DNA from: Mizuhopecten yessoensis
Lineage: Eukaryota
Direction of reading: 5' to 3'
DNA length: 64,000 bases
Assembly (NCBI RefSeq): GCF_002113885.1
Contig: NW_018408148.1
Span: forward strand, 540,951-604,950
Shown: one piece after another, positions 51,361 through 64,000 of the stretch
Position numbering within the stretch: position 1 is the first letter of the stretch
How the letters are laid out: every line of letters starts with the position of its first letter
Notes under the pieces: model-generated
Told to the model about the DNA's origin: nothing
Databases searched by the model: none
Seen by the model: only the letters and a program-made list of their open reading frames with translations
Position numbers and translations under genes: made by a program

Positions 51361-52576
51361 CACTTCATGAGGCACACGTTACAGGGCTACACATGTCGAG
51401 GACTTTTAGAACATTATAGATGTTTATATTTCTATTTAAAGCAAAACCTGTCTTATTTTATCCCAGTCTACTTCGATATCATGTAAAATACAACATTTTG
51501 TTGTAATCTCAATTCGCACGAAAACCGACGAACAACGCTGATATATTCTGTCTAATCGGTCGAACAAGTCTTTTTACCCAGCATGACGGACTAGACTGGC
51601 TCCATCATATCTATGCATATGTGTAAATATTCTGATGTGCTCTTGAAATTAAGTGCCGATACTAACGATTTAAGTTTCATTGTATGCACAAACTTGAGCT
51701 CCGAGAAAACGATGTTTCCGCTGTTTATCGGTATGACGACAAACGTCCGTGGTTCCAAGTGCACCCACAAACGAGCACACACAAACAAGCACACACACCA
51801 ACAGCAGAAATATTATGATTAACGCTATTTCACAATTCACGGCATAAACAATTTACAAACTGATTATTCTGACGAACGAGGTCCAATTTTATGTAACATT
51901 TATATACTTGTGAGCACGAAATTTGCACGATGTTCCACTGCACAAATATATTGACGAAGCATTTTGATTTTACTACACACGTTAACCAACCGTATACTAA
52001 CGAGGTTCCACTGTATATACACAAACCTAGGTATCAGAACTAACAAGGTTCAACTGTACACACAACTAATCATCCGGACTAGCGAGGTTCCACTGTGTAC
52101 TGCAAACCTAAGTATCCTGACTAAAGAGGTTCCACTCTACACAAAACTAATTATCCGGACTATCGAGGTTTCATTGTGTACTGCAAACCTAAGCGTCCGG
52201 ACTTAAGAGATTCCACTGTACACACAAACCTAAGTATCCTGACTACAGAGGTCCACTCTAAACAAAACTAATTATCCGGACTAACGAGGTCAGAAATTAA
52301 CATTTAACAGTTGTTAGACAAAATTAGGTAACCTTGATCAACTTTTGAAAGTTTGACCTTCATTATCCAAAATAGTCATCGGAAAAAGAGATTGTACAAA
52401 AAACCGTTATTGACCAGATTATTTGAACTTTATTTAAAGACATTGTCACAGGGTTCAGAACTATACATATATTTTTCCAAGACAGGTACATATGAACCAC
52501 TTTTTTTCTAGTTTCACCTCAACTTTATAAGTTGTTACAGGATTCAGAAATTATACTAAAACCTATTTTTCAAAGT

Positions 52577-54786
52577 TAGACGTACATTATTAAAAATGTC
52601 ATAAGGTTTAGAAATTAGCATAAACGAATAAATAATGATGTTAACCAAATTACGTCACTGTGAGATACTTTTCAAGATTCAAACTACATTATACAACATG
52701 TATGTATTGTTTTTTAAAGAGTCAACGGGTAACAAAACAAAATTCAACTGTTTTGACATAAGAATGTCATGGTGACCTACTTTTCATACTTTCTTTTCAA
52801 TTTAACCCTGGTTAAAATGACCTTAGTCGTATTGAGCATGAAAAATAACCCAAAAAATATTTCGACAATTTTCTATATTGAATGTGTTAATATGGCCCCG
52901 GGTCCTTATTCCACGTTGAAAATTGACCCCAGAAAATCCTGAAACCTTTTAACATTCAATTGTCAAAAAGTGACCCGGGTCCATATTCAACGTTGAAAAT
53001 GGACCCCTGAAAAATGTTACAGTTTTCCATATTTAATAGTCAAAAAGTGACATAAGTACTCAACGTTGGAAATGTACACCAGAAAAATATGACATAAGTC
53101 CAATGTCAAAATGTAGCCCCGGGTCCATATTAAAAGTTGAAAATGGATCCCAGATACACTATGTCGTTTTTATATGTTCAATTTTTCGAGAATGGTCGTG
53201 GGTCGATATTTTACGCTGAATATGGACCCCAGAACATTATGACACTTTTTTTGTATTTAATTGTTAAACAAATAACCCGGGTCCATATTCAACGTTGAAA
53301 ATGGATCCCTGAAAATCATTACAGTTTTCCATATTAAATTGTCAAAACAGGACTAAGGTCCTTATTCAACGTTGAAAATAGATCCCAGAAACATTATATT
53401 CAATTGTCGAAAATGGTTGTGGGTTGATATTTAACGTTGAAAATGGACCCTAGAACTTTATGTCATTTTTTCATATTGAAATGTCAAACAAGAGACCAAA
53501 GAGAGTGGGATCTTTGCTCCCACCATCGTTAGATCTTCCTTAATTCTATCTTAACTTGATCTTTTTGATTTCTTATCTGGTAGATTGATAATGTTGTCAA
53601 TATCTTGATCAGTCCCAAAATGAAACATGCATTTAATCGATAACATATGGTCCCAGGGTTATGTTCTACTTTAAAAGTAGACCCCAGAACATCATTACAC
53701 CAGGGGCGTAGCTAAAGCCCTTATTCGGAGTGGATTCATNTAGACGTATATTATTAAAAATGTCATAAGGTTTAGAAATTAGCAAAAATGAATAAATAAT
53801 TATGTTAACCAAATTACGTCAATGTGAGATACTTTTCATAATTCAGACTACATAATACAACATGTATGTAAAAGGGTAAAAAAAAAATAGTCAACGGGTT
53901 ACAAAAAAAAATTCAACTGTTTTGACATAAGAATGTCATGGTGACCTACTTTTCATACTTTCTTTTCAGTTTAATCCTGGTTAAAATGACCTTAGTCGTA
54001 TTGAACATGAAAAATAACCCAAAAAATATTTCGACAATTTTCTATATTGAATGTGTTAATATGGCCCCGGGTCCTTATTCCACGTTGAAAATTGACCCCA
54101 GAAAATCATGAAACCTTTGAACATTCAATTGTCAAAAAGTGACCCGGAGTCCATATTCAACGTTGAAAATGGACCCCTGAAAATTGTTACAGTTTTCCAT
54201 ATCCAATAGTCAAAAAGTGACATAAGAACTCAACGTTTGAAATGGACACCAGAAAAATATGACACAAGTCCAATGTCAAAATGTAGCCCCGGGTCCATAT
54301 CAAAAGTTGAAAATGGATCCCAGATACATTATGTCGTTTTTATATGTTCAATTGTCGAGAATGGTTGTGGGTCGATATTCAACGCTCAATTGTCAAAAAA
54401 GGACAAAGGTCCTTATTCAACGTTGAAAATAGATCCAAGAAACATTATATTCAATTGGCGAAAATGGTTGTGGGTTGATATTTAACGTTGAAAATGGACC
54501 CTAGAACTTTATGTCATTTTTTCATATTGAAATGTCAAACAAGAGACCAAAGTGGGATATTTGCTCCCACCATCGTTAGATCTTCCTTAATTCTATCTTA
54601 GCTTGATCTTTTTGATTTCTTATCTGGTAGATTGATAATGTTGTCAACATGTTGATCAGTCCCAAAATGAAACATGCATTTAATCGATAACATATGGTCC
54701 CAGGGTTATATTCAACTTTAAAAGTAGACCCCGGAACATCATTACACCAGGGGCGTAGTTAAAGCCCTTATTCGGAGTGGATTCAT
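52577..54786. other. Tandem duplication (52577-53739 vs 53741-54786) joined by an N
   Basis: Both copies start TAGACGTA(C/T)ATTATTAAAAATG and end GGAGTGGATTCAT. The N at 53740 is exactly at the junction. Confidence 0.85.
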
Positions 54787-57220
54787 TTAGGAGCGGGTCC
54801 AGTTCTGAGACTTTGTCCCTACAAACTCCCTGAACTGGATCCGCTCCTAAATGAATCCACTCCGAATGGACAAGGTGTGCAAAAGCATTGCTTTGGGGTT
54901 CTTTTCTATTTGAAATTGGGTGTATTCGTCTGCGTACCAGCGTATAGGCAGCTACGCGCCTGGACACCATTCCATATTCCATTGTCACTATTCAACGTTG
55001 AAATTAGATCCCAGAAACATAATGTGGCCTTTGCATATTCAATCGTCAAAACTGGTCCCGGATCAGTATTCAATGTTGAAAATGGACCCCAGAATATTTT
55101 GTCGTCTTTATATATTCAACAGTAGAAAATGGTCGCGGGCCCAGAACATTATAATACCTTTCAATAATCAATTGTAAAAGATGGCCCTGGGTCTATATTC
55201 AACGTTGACATTTGAATACTAGCTGCATTAATTTCAAATAAGCTGTGTCACAATGATTCATCTACCGATTGGACATAGTTTTTATAATTTCATTTACATT
55301 CAATAATGCAGAAAAAAAACCCGTAAAACATGCAGGCTGAGAAAAAAATATTACACAATGTTTACTTACAATTAATTAAATACCAGTATATCACTAATAC
55401 TGTCTGCATCATCCAAGAATTCTTAAATATTTTCCATCTTTAAAAAAAAATCCGTTTTATTTATTCATAGCCCGTATTATGTTATGGCGCTCCGTCCGTC
55501 CGTTCGTATTTTAGTTTCCGCATGATATATTGCTTAATGTCATTTAATTAGGATGAGTCACACTTGGTACGCATGTACATTATCCAATGACTGAGGCTAT
55601 GTTCGAACTAGTTAATTAGACTATTGTGATCTGATTGGTCGATTTCAAAACTTAAGTTTCCGCAAGATAATTTGCTTAAATATCGTTAGATTTTAATGAA
55701 ACCTGGTATGCATGTATACATTATACACAGGCTGAGGCTAAGTTCGAATTTTAGCAAAATCCGCGCATACTTTATTACATGTATCATACTGTGCTGTGAT
55801 TGGTTGACGGTTTCTGCACAATAACTTTGTCAAACATGACCGGATTCAATATTTGTATGATACAATGATAAATAATAAGCTTACAGTGAGCAAAATCAGC
55901 ACATAATTTATTACATGTAGCATACTGCTTTCTGATTGGTCGACGGTCTCCGCACCTTAGTCAAATATGGCAGGATTCTGATGAGACTTGGTCAAGAAAG
56001 GATGAGTGCCAATAAGCCCTTTTTGGACCCGGTATATCCGGGTCGTCACCTCCTTGGTTTGTTCAAAGATGTCTTATTGTATCACATGCGCAAAAGCTAA
56101 GGCAAAAGTTTGACCGAAGGTGGGTTTTTGGTGTACCAAAAGGGGTAGGGTAAATCACAAATATACTTTGTTTTCACAATGAGCTAAAACAACCAAAAAA
56201 ATATCATTTCTGTTTTTGGAAATACGTGTAAATTAAACAGGCAAATATAATAGAATGAAAAATGACAGAAATTCAATCGTCAATTGAAGATTGTTTATAT
56301 AGAATGGAGGATTAAGTCATGGGGTTGTTTTAGGTAGTTTTATAATGAAAAACGTTTACTGCCCCCCCCCCTAAGAAGAAATTGCATATACAATTGACAT
56401 GGTGAAATAATGCGATAAATATTCAACATCTCGTCTTTTTCATAATCCGCAACCCACAAAGTTTAAAAAAAAGTATTAATCAACCCCAAACATACTTAAA
56501 TTATCGAACGATACGCATAGAGGCATATTTATCGTGGCATATGAGGGTGAACGCTGAGGGAATGAGTACCATACCATCATGTTAACATATATTACTACCG
56601 GCAACATACTAAATTTAAAGTCAGTTCTACCTAATTAGGAGCAAAAACGGGTCTAAGTTCATTTCTGAGTCCAATGACAAATAATAATGCAGGTCAATTT
56701 CTCAAATGTAGGTTAAATTTACCTAATTTGGTGAAACAATTTTTCAAAAGTAGGTCACATTGACCTTATTAGTTGAAACAACAGTTTTGAGTTCATTTCT
56801 GAACCCAATGGAAATTTTGAGTAATCTGGGTCAATTTTCAAAAGTAGGTCATAGTGATTTAATTAGGTGAATTTTACCAATTTTTCAAAAGTATGTCAAA
56901 TTTACCTAATTTAGGTAAACAGAATATTTCTGCTAGTGTATTTCAAATATTGAGAAGTAGGTCACACTGACCTGATTTGGTCGGTCGATGAACGCATAGG
57001 TACACGAGATCATTTTGGTAATTCGGACAAAGAAATGGTCCGTTTTCAACGGGTAAGATTTAACGGGTAAGTTTTCAACGGCCTACACGTGGAAAATTTA
57101 CCTCTTATGGGGATTTTCAACGGGAGAGTCAGTTTTCAACGGCTCACCGGTTCCATATTCAACGTTGAAAACTGACTCCGGTTCTATTTTCAACGGGGAT
57201 CAATTTTCAACGTTACACCG
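52830..57220. mobile_element. Large nested non-autonomous DNA-transposon region with TTCAACGTTGAAAATGGACCC subrepeats, containing a MITE (54748-54962) and a HINE-like insert (about 55460-56063)
   Basis: Dozens of CAACGTTGAAAA motifs ending ...TTCAACGTTACACCGG at 57220. It interrupts the ACTAACGAGGTTCCACTGTA minisatellite, which resumes at 57221. Confidence 0.55.
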
Positions 57221-57618
57221 GACTAACGAGGTTCACACGCACTGCATGTATATACAAACCTTAGTACTCGAACGTACGAGGTTCCACTACAGACACACAC
57301 ATCCTAAACTCTCTGATATGCAATTTAAGAAAGTCCTTTAGAAATGTGAACTTGTAGATTACTTCACAAAGAAAGACTTCTCTTTGTGAATTTTAAGGAT
57401 AAATATCTATATAAGTATCTATCTTTCTGTGAAATAAGTAGTTTATGGTCAATTTAAGCTAAGCCATATCAGCTTAAAGAAAACATGCAGACATTTATAG
57501 TCCTAGAATTTACAAATAGTTCACTTTAGCCCGAACAAAATCATAAAGCTGTAACGCGCTGGATCGCGGAATTTTCGTTTCCAAAAAATGTAGAATGCTT
57601 ACAACCTCTTTTTGTACT

Positions 57619-58275
57619 GACCATGTCTCCAAAGCCAACAGAATCCTCGGACTAATATTTCGGACATTCACATTTATAAACAAAGACATGTTTATTCAAT
57701 TATTTAAAAACTTAGTGCGGCCACACTTGGAATATGCCACCTGCATATGGTCTCCAATGTTCAAAAAGGATCAAATTGCCATTGAAAATGTCCAACGCAG
57801 GTCAACAAGACGCCTACCATTCCTAAAAGGAAAATCCTACAGTGAGAGACTTTGTATGCTGGGCCTCTCCCAGTTTAGAATATAGACGATTGAGAGGAGA
57901 CGTCATACAAATTTTCAAAATCATTTATGACATTGACATTCTGGACAAGGACAAAATTATTAAAATGGCAACATTGGCTACAACAAGAGGAAATTCAAAA
58001 AAACACTTTTCAAGAAAAGGATGAGGCTCAATATAACCAGGAACCTGTACAGTAATAGAGTCGTAGATGTGTGGATCTCTCTCCCAAACACAGTTGTAGA
58101 GGCCCCTCCCTAAATAGTTTTAAATCTCGGTTAAACAATCACTGGCGTCATCATCACCAAAAATGTGTACCAACCTGTTACTCACAACCGAACGTGATTA
58201 GAGAACAGTATATAGATGCGTCTCAAGAAGCTGGGTCAGCTTACGTCGACGTCGACACTACATGGAAACATGAAA
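57619..58275 (+). mobile_element. 5'-truncated CR1/L2-type LINE, reverse-transcriptase C-terminus with frameshifts
   Basis: KANRILGLIFRTF...LFKNLVRPHLEYATCIWSP...IENVQRRSTR, then LEYRRLRGDVIQIFKI, then SLNSFKSRLN. Confidence 0.88.
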
Positions 58276-59482
58276 ACTTGTAACTTTTTATTTTTCAAAT
58301 ATTTTTTCCACAATTTTTACGCACTCACACCTCTTTTCAAGCTCTTCATAATTCCTGGATCCGCCCCTGTATATAAACTTTTCTTCTTCTGTAGCACGGT
58401 TGCTGATTAAGTTTGTGATATTTTGTCCTTTAGTCCCGTTTGTCCTTCCAAAATGAAGTCTCTGATTTGGACCACTTCCTCATTTTCGCTCTTTCATCAA
58501 AAGAATTAAAGGACGAGAATTGAAAAAAAAGGAGTATTAAATTTCGATTTTTCGCATGTCGTGCTAATGAAAGAAATTATACAAATCTAGGTACAGGCAC
58601 GGACTTAGATAATCTAGTTCCGTGCTACAGGTTAAAACAGTGTCCTCTAAGTTAAATATATCTTGATTAACGATAGAGGCCCTATGCTTGTATTTTTATT
58701 TATGCATGGATTTTAAATACTCGGTCAAATTTTCTTGACATCAATGAGTATAAAGTTCTATAAACGTAGTTATATATCTGTACTAAGATTTTATTATAGG
58801 TCTATAATATTTCCTGCTAAAAACATATTTAGGGATGTCTTTATTCATGAAAATTCGAGACCCAAATGGCACCTGCTTACTAAAATAACAAAAAAATCAA
58901 ATAAAAATCCCCATATTTTTTTTTACCAGCTCGAAACCCCCTACCAATCTAGGATAAAACATTTAAGGTGCAAAGCACATCATATGCATGAAGGGATGGA
59001 TACAAGCACCTCTTTTACTAAATTATGTATTTTTTCCCCAGAGTAATAAAGAACATTTCACTCTGTATTCCGCATATTCGCAATCCATTAATAGAAAAAA
59101 ACTTTCTTATAATTCTGTGAGGCTTACAGACTACCTTTAAAGGCCCCTTGACCTACATATAAAAAATGTGCCAGACGGTTTTCCTTCATGTGCCCCTTGA
59201 TAGCATATTCCTACGCGTCAGCTTGATTGCCTAAATTCTCCGGAAACTGACCTCGGGTTTTGCCATTCACTCAATACATATTTCCGAAAAGCTTAATGTA
59301 CTTTTATTTGAAGTAATGACGTTTAACTTTTCAAATACAATGTCCAGAATATTATCCGACGATGGTTCAAAATCTGTACACCTCTATACGATATATAATA
59401 CTACATTATTTAAGATTTTACTGTATAAATAAAGAACTATTTTCTAGCGGATATGTATCCTGTGTCAACTATGTTTTAATGG

Positions 59483-62400
59483 ATGCTGCCGAAGAAAATG
59501 GATATTTGTTGTGTTATTTTTCCATTGTTATTAATCGTTTCCTGTGGGTTTGATATCACAACAGGTACAGTATTGCATGTCGTAGTGTTCGCTACGGTGT
59601 TGTCTGATAGTATCAATCGACCACATGAACCCTAGATTTGAGTATACGAGGCAAAATTTGGTACGCAGACGCCGAACTTTCGCTTGGTAATGAAACCCAT
59701 TTAATGCTGTCAGTCATTGCATTATATCTATATTTATTTGTTATTTGAGGTTTCTGTTAATTCAAGAACAAAATTTTGTTCTGTAGGCAGAATCTGACTA
59801 GATGCCTTAACGCATCTTCTCATAATCATCACCACACGACTGATTAAGTGATTGAGATCTCTTCAGTCTTGTTGACATTGACATTTGTTAAAAGTTAAGT
59901 TACACCATTAGTAGGACAATTTTGCAGTAGCTTCTCAACTATTCGGGCTTATCTTCCAACCAGCACTTTTGAAATGTCATTATCCTTGGAGGTGGTGGTG
60001 GGGGGCTATTTTGCAGTACTGTAGCTATATATAGCTTTCCAACGTATCAGAACTAAGCTTCCAACCAGCAGAATTTGAACTGAAGATTTGTTAGGCCTAT
60101 CAATAGTTATGCATTCATATGATGGATGATTGCAGAAGTATTGAGTTACGTGCCATAAGGGAGTTAGTACAGAGATTTCGGTACTGAGATGTTTTAGTAC
60201 TTGCGTACCAGTATTGGAACTTGAACTAATATTTTATTAACTTATTTTATGTTTGCTTTTAACGTCCTAGCTGTTTATTGCTGATTTTATATTTCAAGAT
60301 TTTGCAGCATTTATCCTCTTTATAATAAAGTAATGAAACACTGGGGATATTATCTGGCACATGAATGTGACATGTAACGTATACTGTCCTACACCAAATA
60401 TTGGTGGGTTGATGGGTTTATCGTCTTCACTTCACTGACGAAGTCGGTGTTCGGTCACCATGAGGGGGTAATTGAGTTGTCGCTTACCAGGTCCTCTGAG
60501 ATTCAAAATGTCCAGCCCATCCAGGTCACGCTTTGAGGTCGGACAGCTCCTCAGATGCAGACAAGCTGTCACAGCTACTGTGATCCACGGAACGATGTCC
60601 TTAGTGTAGTCCTCGCTGTCCTCTTATGTGTACACCAAATATATCTTTTAATTGGTGTTATATAGACCATGTACATGTATATCATGTGACCAGGGGTTTT
60701 GTCAGCTATTTTGGGAAAGGGCCCCTGAGCAGGAATTGGGAAAATATCATCAGCATTAGCCATTTGCCAAAATTGGGAAATATCATCAGTGTTCCCACAT
60801 GCACAGGTTTGGAAAAGTATCATCATTTGGAAAAAATTATCCAATAGGATAAGCAAAAGTTAAAGTTTTCCTCTCTGTTTCTTGCAGTTAAATGTATAGC
60901 AATAAATAAACAGTAAACACATCAATTTTCAGTGCTTTTGTTTAAGTATTTTGGATTTTTTGTTATTTATGTATTTTGGATGTGCTATAGTTATACTTTA
61001 AACGTTGCACATATATATAACAACTTGAAACTTGTATAAACATGTTTTTTAATCCAATTGAGTTGGGAAAATATATTAACACAGAAATTGGGAAAATGCA
61101 GGGTCATTTTTCAATTGGGAATGGGTCCCTGTTTATACGTACTGGACCCTATAAATACCTGGCAAAACCCCTGGTGACTTCTTTTTTATACAGTTATCAC
61201 GAAAAATTCAGAAAATAATCTGTGTTTATTGGCTCATTATGTTATGTGGAATATCTACGAGCTTGAGGTGTTCATGATCAGCTAACACACGATCACTGAT
61301 GGCTCATTTTGCAATTATAAAAACTAGGCCAAACTTGTTGTATATTGATAATGCTATAGAGTTTCCCTGCACATCATATCAGAATCTTATAGTTATCAGC
61401 ATATGAATCCAGTGTTGTGTGCCAGTTGTACAATCAGAATTATATTATTTAGACCACACCAATATTTTAAGATTTAAGGCTAGGGTTTACCTTAATGCAG
61501 TTTATGGTATTGCGGGTATACATATAGCTTTCAGGAAATAATGTATTTAAATCAAAGAGAACATTTTTTCTTGGTAGTCAATACATTTCATCGGGATATT
61601 AAGTATTCTACCAACTTCAGGCGGAAGTACTAGTGTGATTATGATCATTGACCTTTGATGGGCATTGTACATTTTATAAAAGAAACCGTGTTACATGTTA
61701 ATACCCAACTTGGTTGTTAGTTAGTCGGATATGACATCATTATAAAGTGTTTTTTAATTTCAAGATGATGTCAGAGATAAATACTTATAAGGCCAGACAA
61801 AAAAATATGTGTGTTTCCTGTAACATGTTGGAAAAAATAATTAAAATTTAGGGTTGGTAGGTAGGTAAATAAATATATTATATGGTTTATAAAGGAGAGT
61901 GATCTTGACTTTAATAGTGATTCTTTGAAAATTGCCTTATAAAGTTTAGTAGGGTAGCCACACAAAATTAGGGTAGGTATATAGGGTTACCGGAAACACC
62001 AAATAATTTTTGTTCTGCCTAAATTAATTTACATTTTATATGTTATATTACATCCAAGGACATATTTTTTGTTAAACCAGAACTTCACTTAATTGTTGTG
62101 TTGTATCTGCTCTCGCTCTACCTACAGGTACATCCACGTGAAAATGTAATTGCATGATTTAAGTGTGCTGCTTCCAATACCCAGGACTACTTTCATTTTC
62201 TTGGTGTTATAATAATTGCCCAGGCGATAATAAGTTAGTAAAACCAATGTATTATACCGGATAATTAATATTGTGTGTTTCAGGGCTGAAATGCTACTGC
62301 TCCGATTGTCCAAATAGTGAGTGTGACGCGGGCGAAGGAGGAAGATGCGTCACATCAATCACAAAGATGGGCGGGACTCGGGAGGACAAGATACGTTACA

Positions 62401-63176
62401 GGTCAGTCAGATAGACAGGTGGATGAAAATACAAATTACTGAAAATAGAACATTGTACCTTAGGGTATCAGTGTAGCATGTGCCACATTGGACCCTATCA
62501 GACAAATGCAAATTAAATTGAATATAGACTTACATTCGGGATTGGAAAAAACTTATTTTGAGCATCATTAATTAATTTTCCTTTTTCTGTATATTTGCTG
62601 TTTTTCACCAAATGTACCAGGTAATTCAGTTGTGAATGTGTGCTCCACCGCTATGGTTTCCAATATCACTACCTATTGACATAAATTTGTAAATTGTATT
62701 AATATTCTGTTACAGCTGAAACATAGTCTTTCTGACATTTGAAAATCTGAAGTTGTATATGATCACACTAGAAAAAAATATACAACTTTTATAAAAGAAA
62801 AATATTTAAACTATATAGGACTTGTTACACTTCTGATTTTCTTAAAAAGACAACAGGTGTACTTGTGTAGGGGTGGGGGTGGCAATATAAGGTTATTGGA
62901 AAACTTGATTGTGAAAGCTTAAGAAATACACAAGAGAAAAATTAAAGTTTTTTACTGGCAAATTGTAATTGTATGTCAAAACAAATGGCTGCACAGTTTG
63001 TTTGTTTATTTTCAGTTGTTATTCTGGTTCAATGATACAGAGCCCCAAAGGGCCGCAACTCTGTCATCGATTACGTAACATACACCTAGGGTACAACTTT
63101 TGTTGCCAGGTCGATCTGTGCAACTCGGGGCCCCTGCCCCCTCTGTATTGTACTAACTGTACCGAGACTGATTCTG
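59483..63176 (+). CDS. TGF-beta/activin/BMP type I receptor-like ectodomain (ALK1/2-like), 5' partial; join(59483..59564,62284..62401,63016..63176), probably continues beyond the window
   Basis: Signal-peptide-like exon MLPKKMDICCVIFPLLLIVSCGFDITT splices in phase to GLKCYCSDCPNSEC...RCVTS...SC...LC...CCQVDLCN, a 10-Cys three-finger ectodomain with the CC-x4-CN box. No transmembrane or kinase exon is visible, so a secreted three-finger protein is not excluded. Confidence 0.75.
60691..61173. mobile_element. hAT-like MITE with TTGGGAA subrepeats and 5-bp TSD GTGAC
   Basis: CAGGGGTTTTGTCAG / CTGGCAAAACCCCTG termini. Confidence 0.75.
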
Positions 63177-64000
63177 GTATGTGATTTCTCTGTCAAACCC
63201 CCTGATCACCGCATTTTGCACTTGACACCTACATGAAATGCTATTCTAACGCCATTCTGACCCCTTCCTAATAAAATACCCATAAAACTTTGTAATATTA
63301 ATTGTGCAGATTGTTTAATTATAGGATATAGGAAATGGAAAAATTAATGGGACGGGGATTTAATTATTTCTGATTTTTCCATCTGTGATCAAGTGGTATT
63401 TAACAGAAATGGCCTCACCATTGCATTCATATTCATCTTCTCGAAAGAGCTTTTGTCATTATGCACCACAATGTTGCACCAGGCCAATATAGCTTCCCAA
63501 CTGCTAAAGGCCCATCAGCACTTGAAGCATATGTCACAACATGACTACCTTTCTCTGCAGCGTTAGCAATTTAAATTCCAAACAGTCACAGGTACAGAGT
63601 GTAAGTGAGAAAGGTATGTATTGCTGTAATCTCATGTGTTTTGTTTGTGATAATTCTCATACATGTATATGGATTGTGACCTTTAGCTAAAAGACCCTTA
63701 AATTTCAGATTGACCTTTGACCTAGATGTTTGGTATTGACATTTGATCTGTGGTTTACATTTTACATATTTCTGCCTGATGCTGCAATTGCATATGTTTC
63801 AGATCAACATTTGACTTCAAATTCTCTATTTCTCTTTTGACTGTTTCTCTTTTGACTATTTCTCTTTTGACTGTTTCTCTTTTGACTATTTCTCTTTTGA
63901 CTGACCTTTAGTTTGACATATCTATCGAAATGACAACTATCCACACAACATTTTGGATTGACCTGTGACCTAGACCTTTTGGGTTGACCTTTCTGGTCAT

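Noticed and set aside
51500-51900. CpG-richer unique stretch, possibly a promoter or first exon (ORFs 51591-51822)
   Set aside because: No convincing splice donor or protein similarity, so it cannot be assigned.
54680-54988. 102-aa ORF and neighbouring ORFs at 54237-55177
   Set aside because: They lie in MITE and subrepeat sequence with no recognisable domain.

Overview
AT-rich, repeat-dense eukaryotic DNA. The repeat repertoire (HINE/Helentron-like elements, tRNA-SINEs) and an intronless B-box/NHL gene point to a bivalve mollusc (inference). I reconstructed exons by hand from splice signals and reading-frame continuity. This gives four complete genes and one partial gene: COPS8 (+, 7 coding exons, 190 aa); a RING-less B-box/coiled-coil/NHL-like protein (-, one coding exon, 527 aa); UBE2F (-, 6 coding exons, 180 aa), head-to-head with VPS25 (+, 6 exons, 176 aa, one U12-type intron); and the 5' part of a TGF-beta type I receptor-like gene (+). 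The most striking non-genic signal is a family of miniature LTR retroelements (TRIM architecture: TGT...ACA LTRs, 4-bp TSD, PBS, PPT, solo LTRs) whose LTRs are built around a whole tRNA-like cloverleaf with Pol III A/B boxes and a T-run. Other notable items are a 2-kb 40-bp satellite made from copies of a COPS8 3' splice site, a 27-bp palindromic micro-transposon, and a probable false duplication at an assembly gap. Most short ORFs in the supplied track are spurious.
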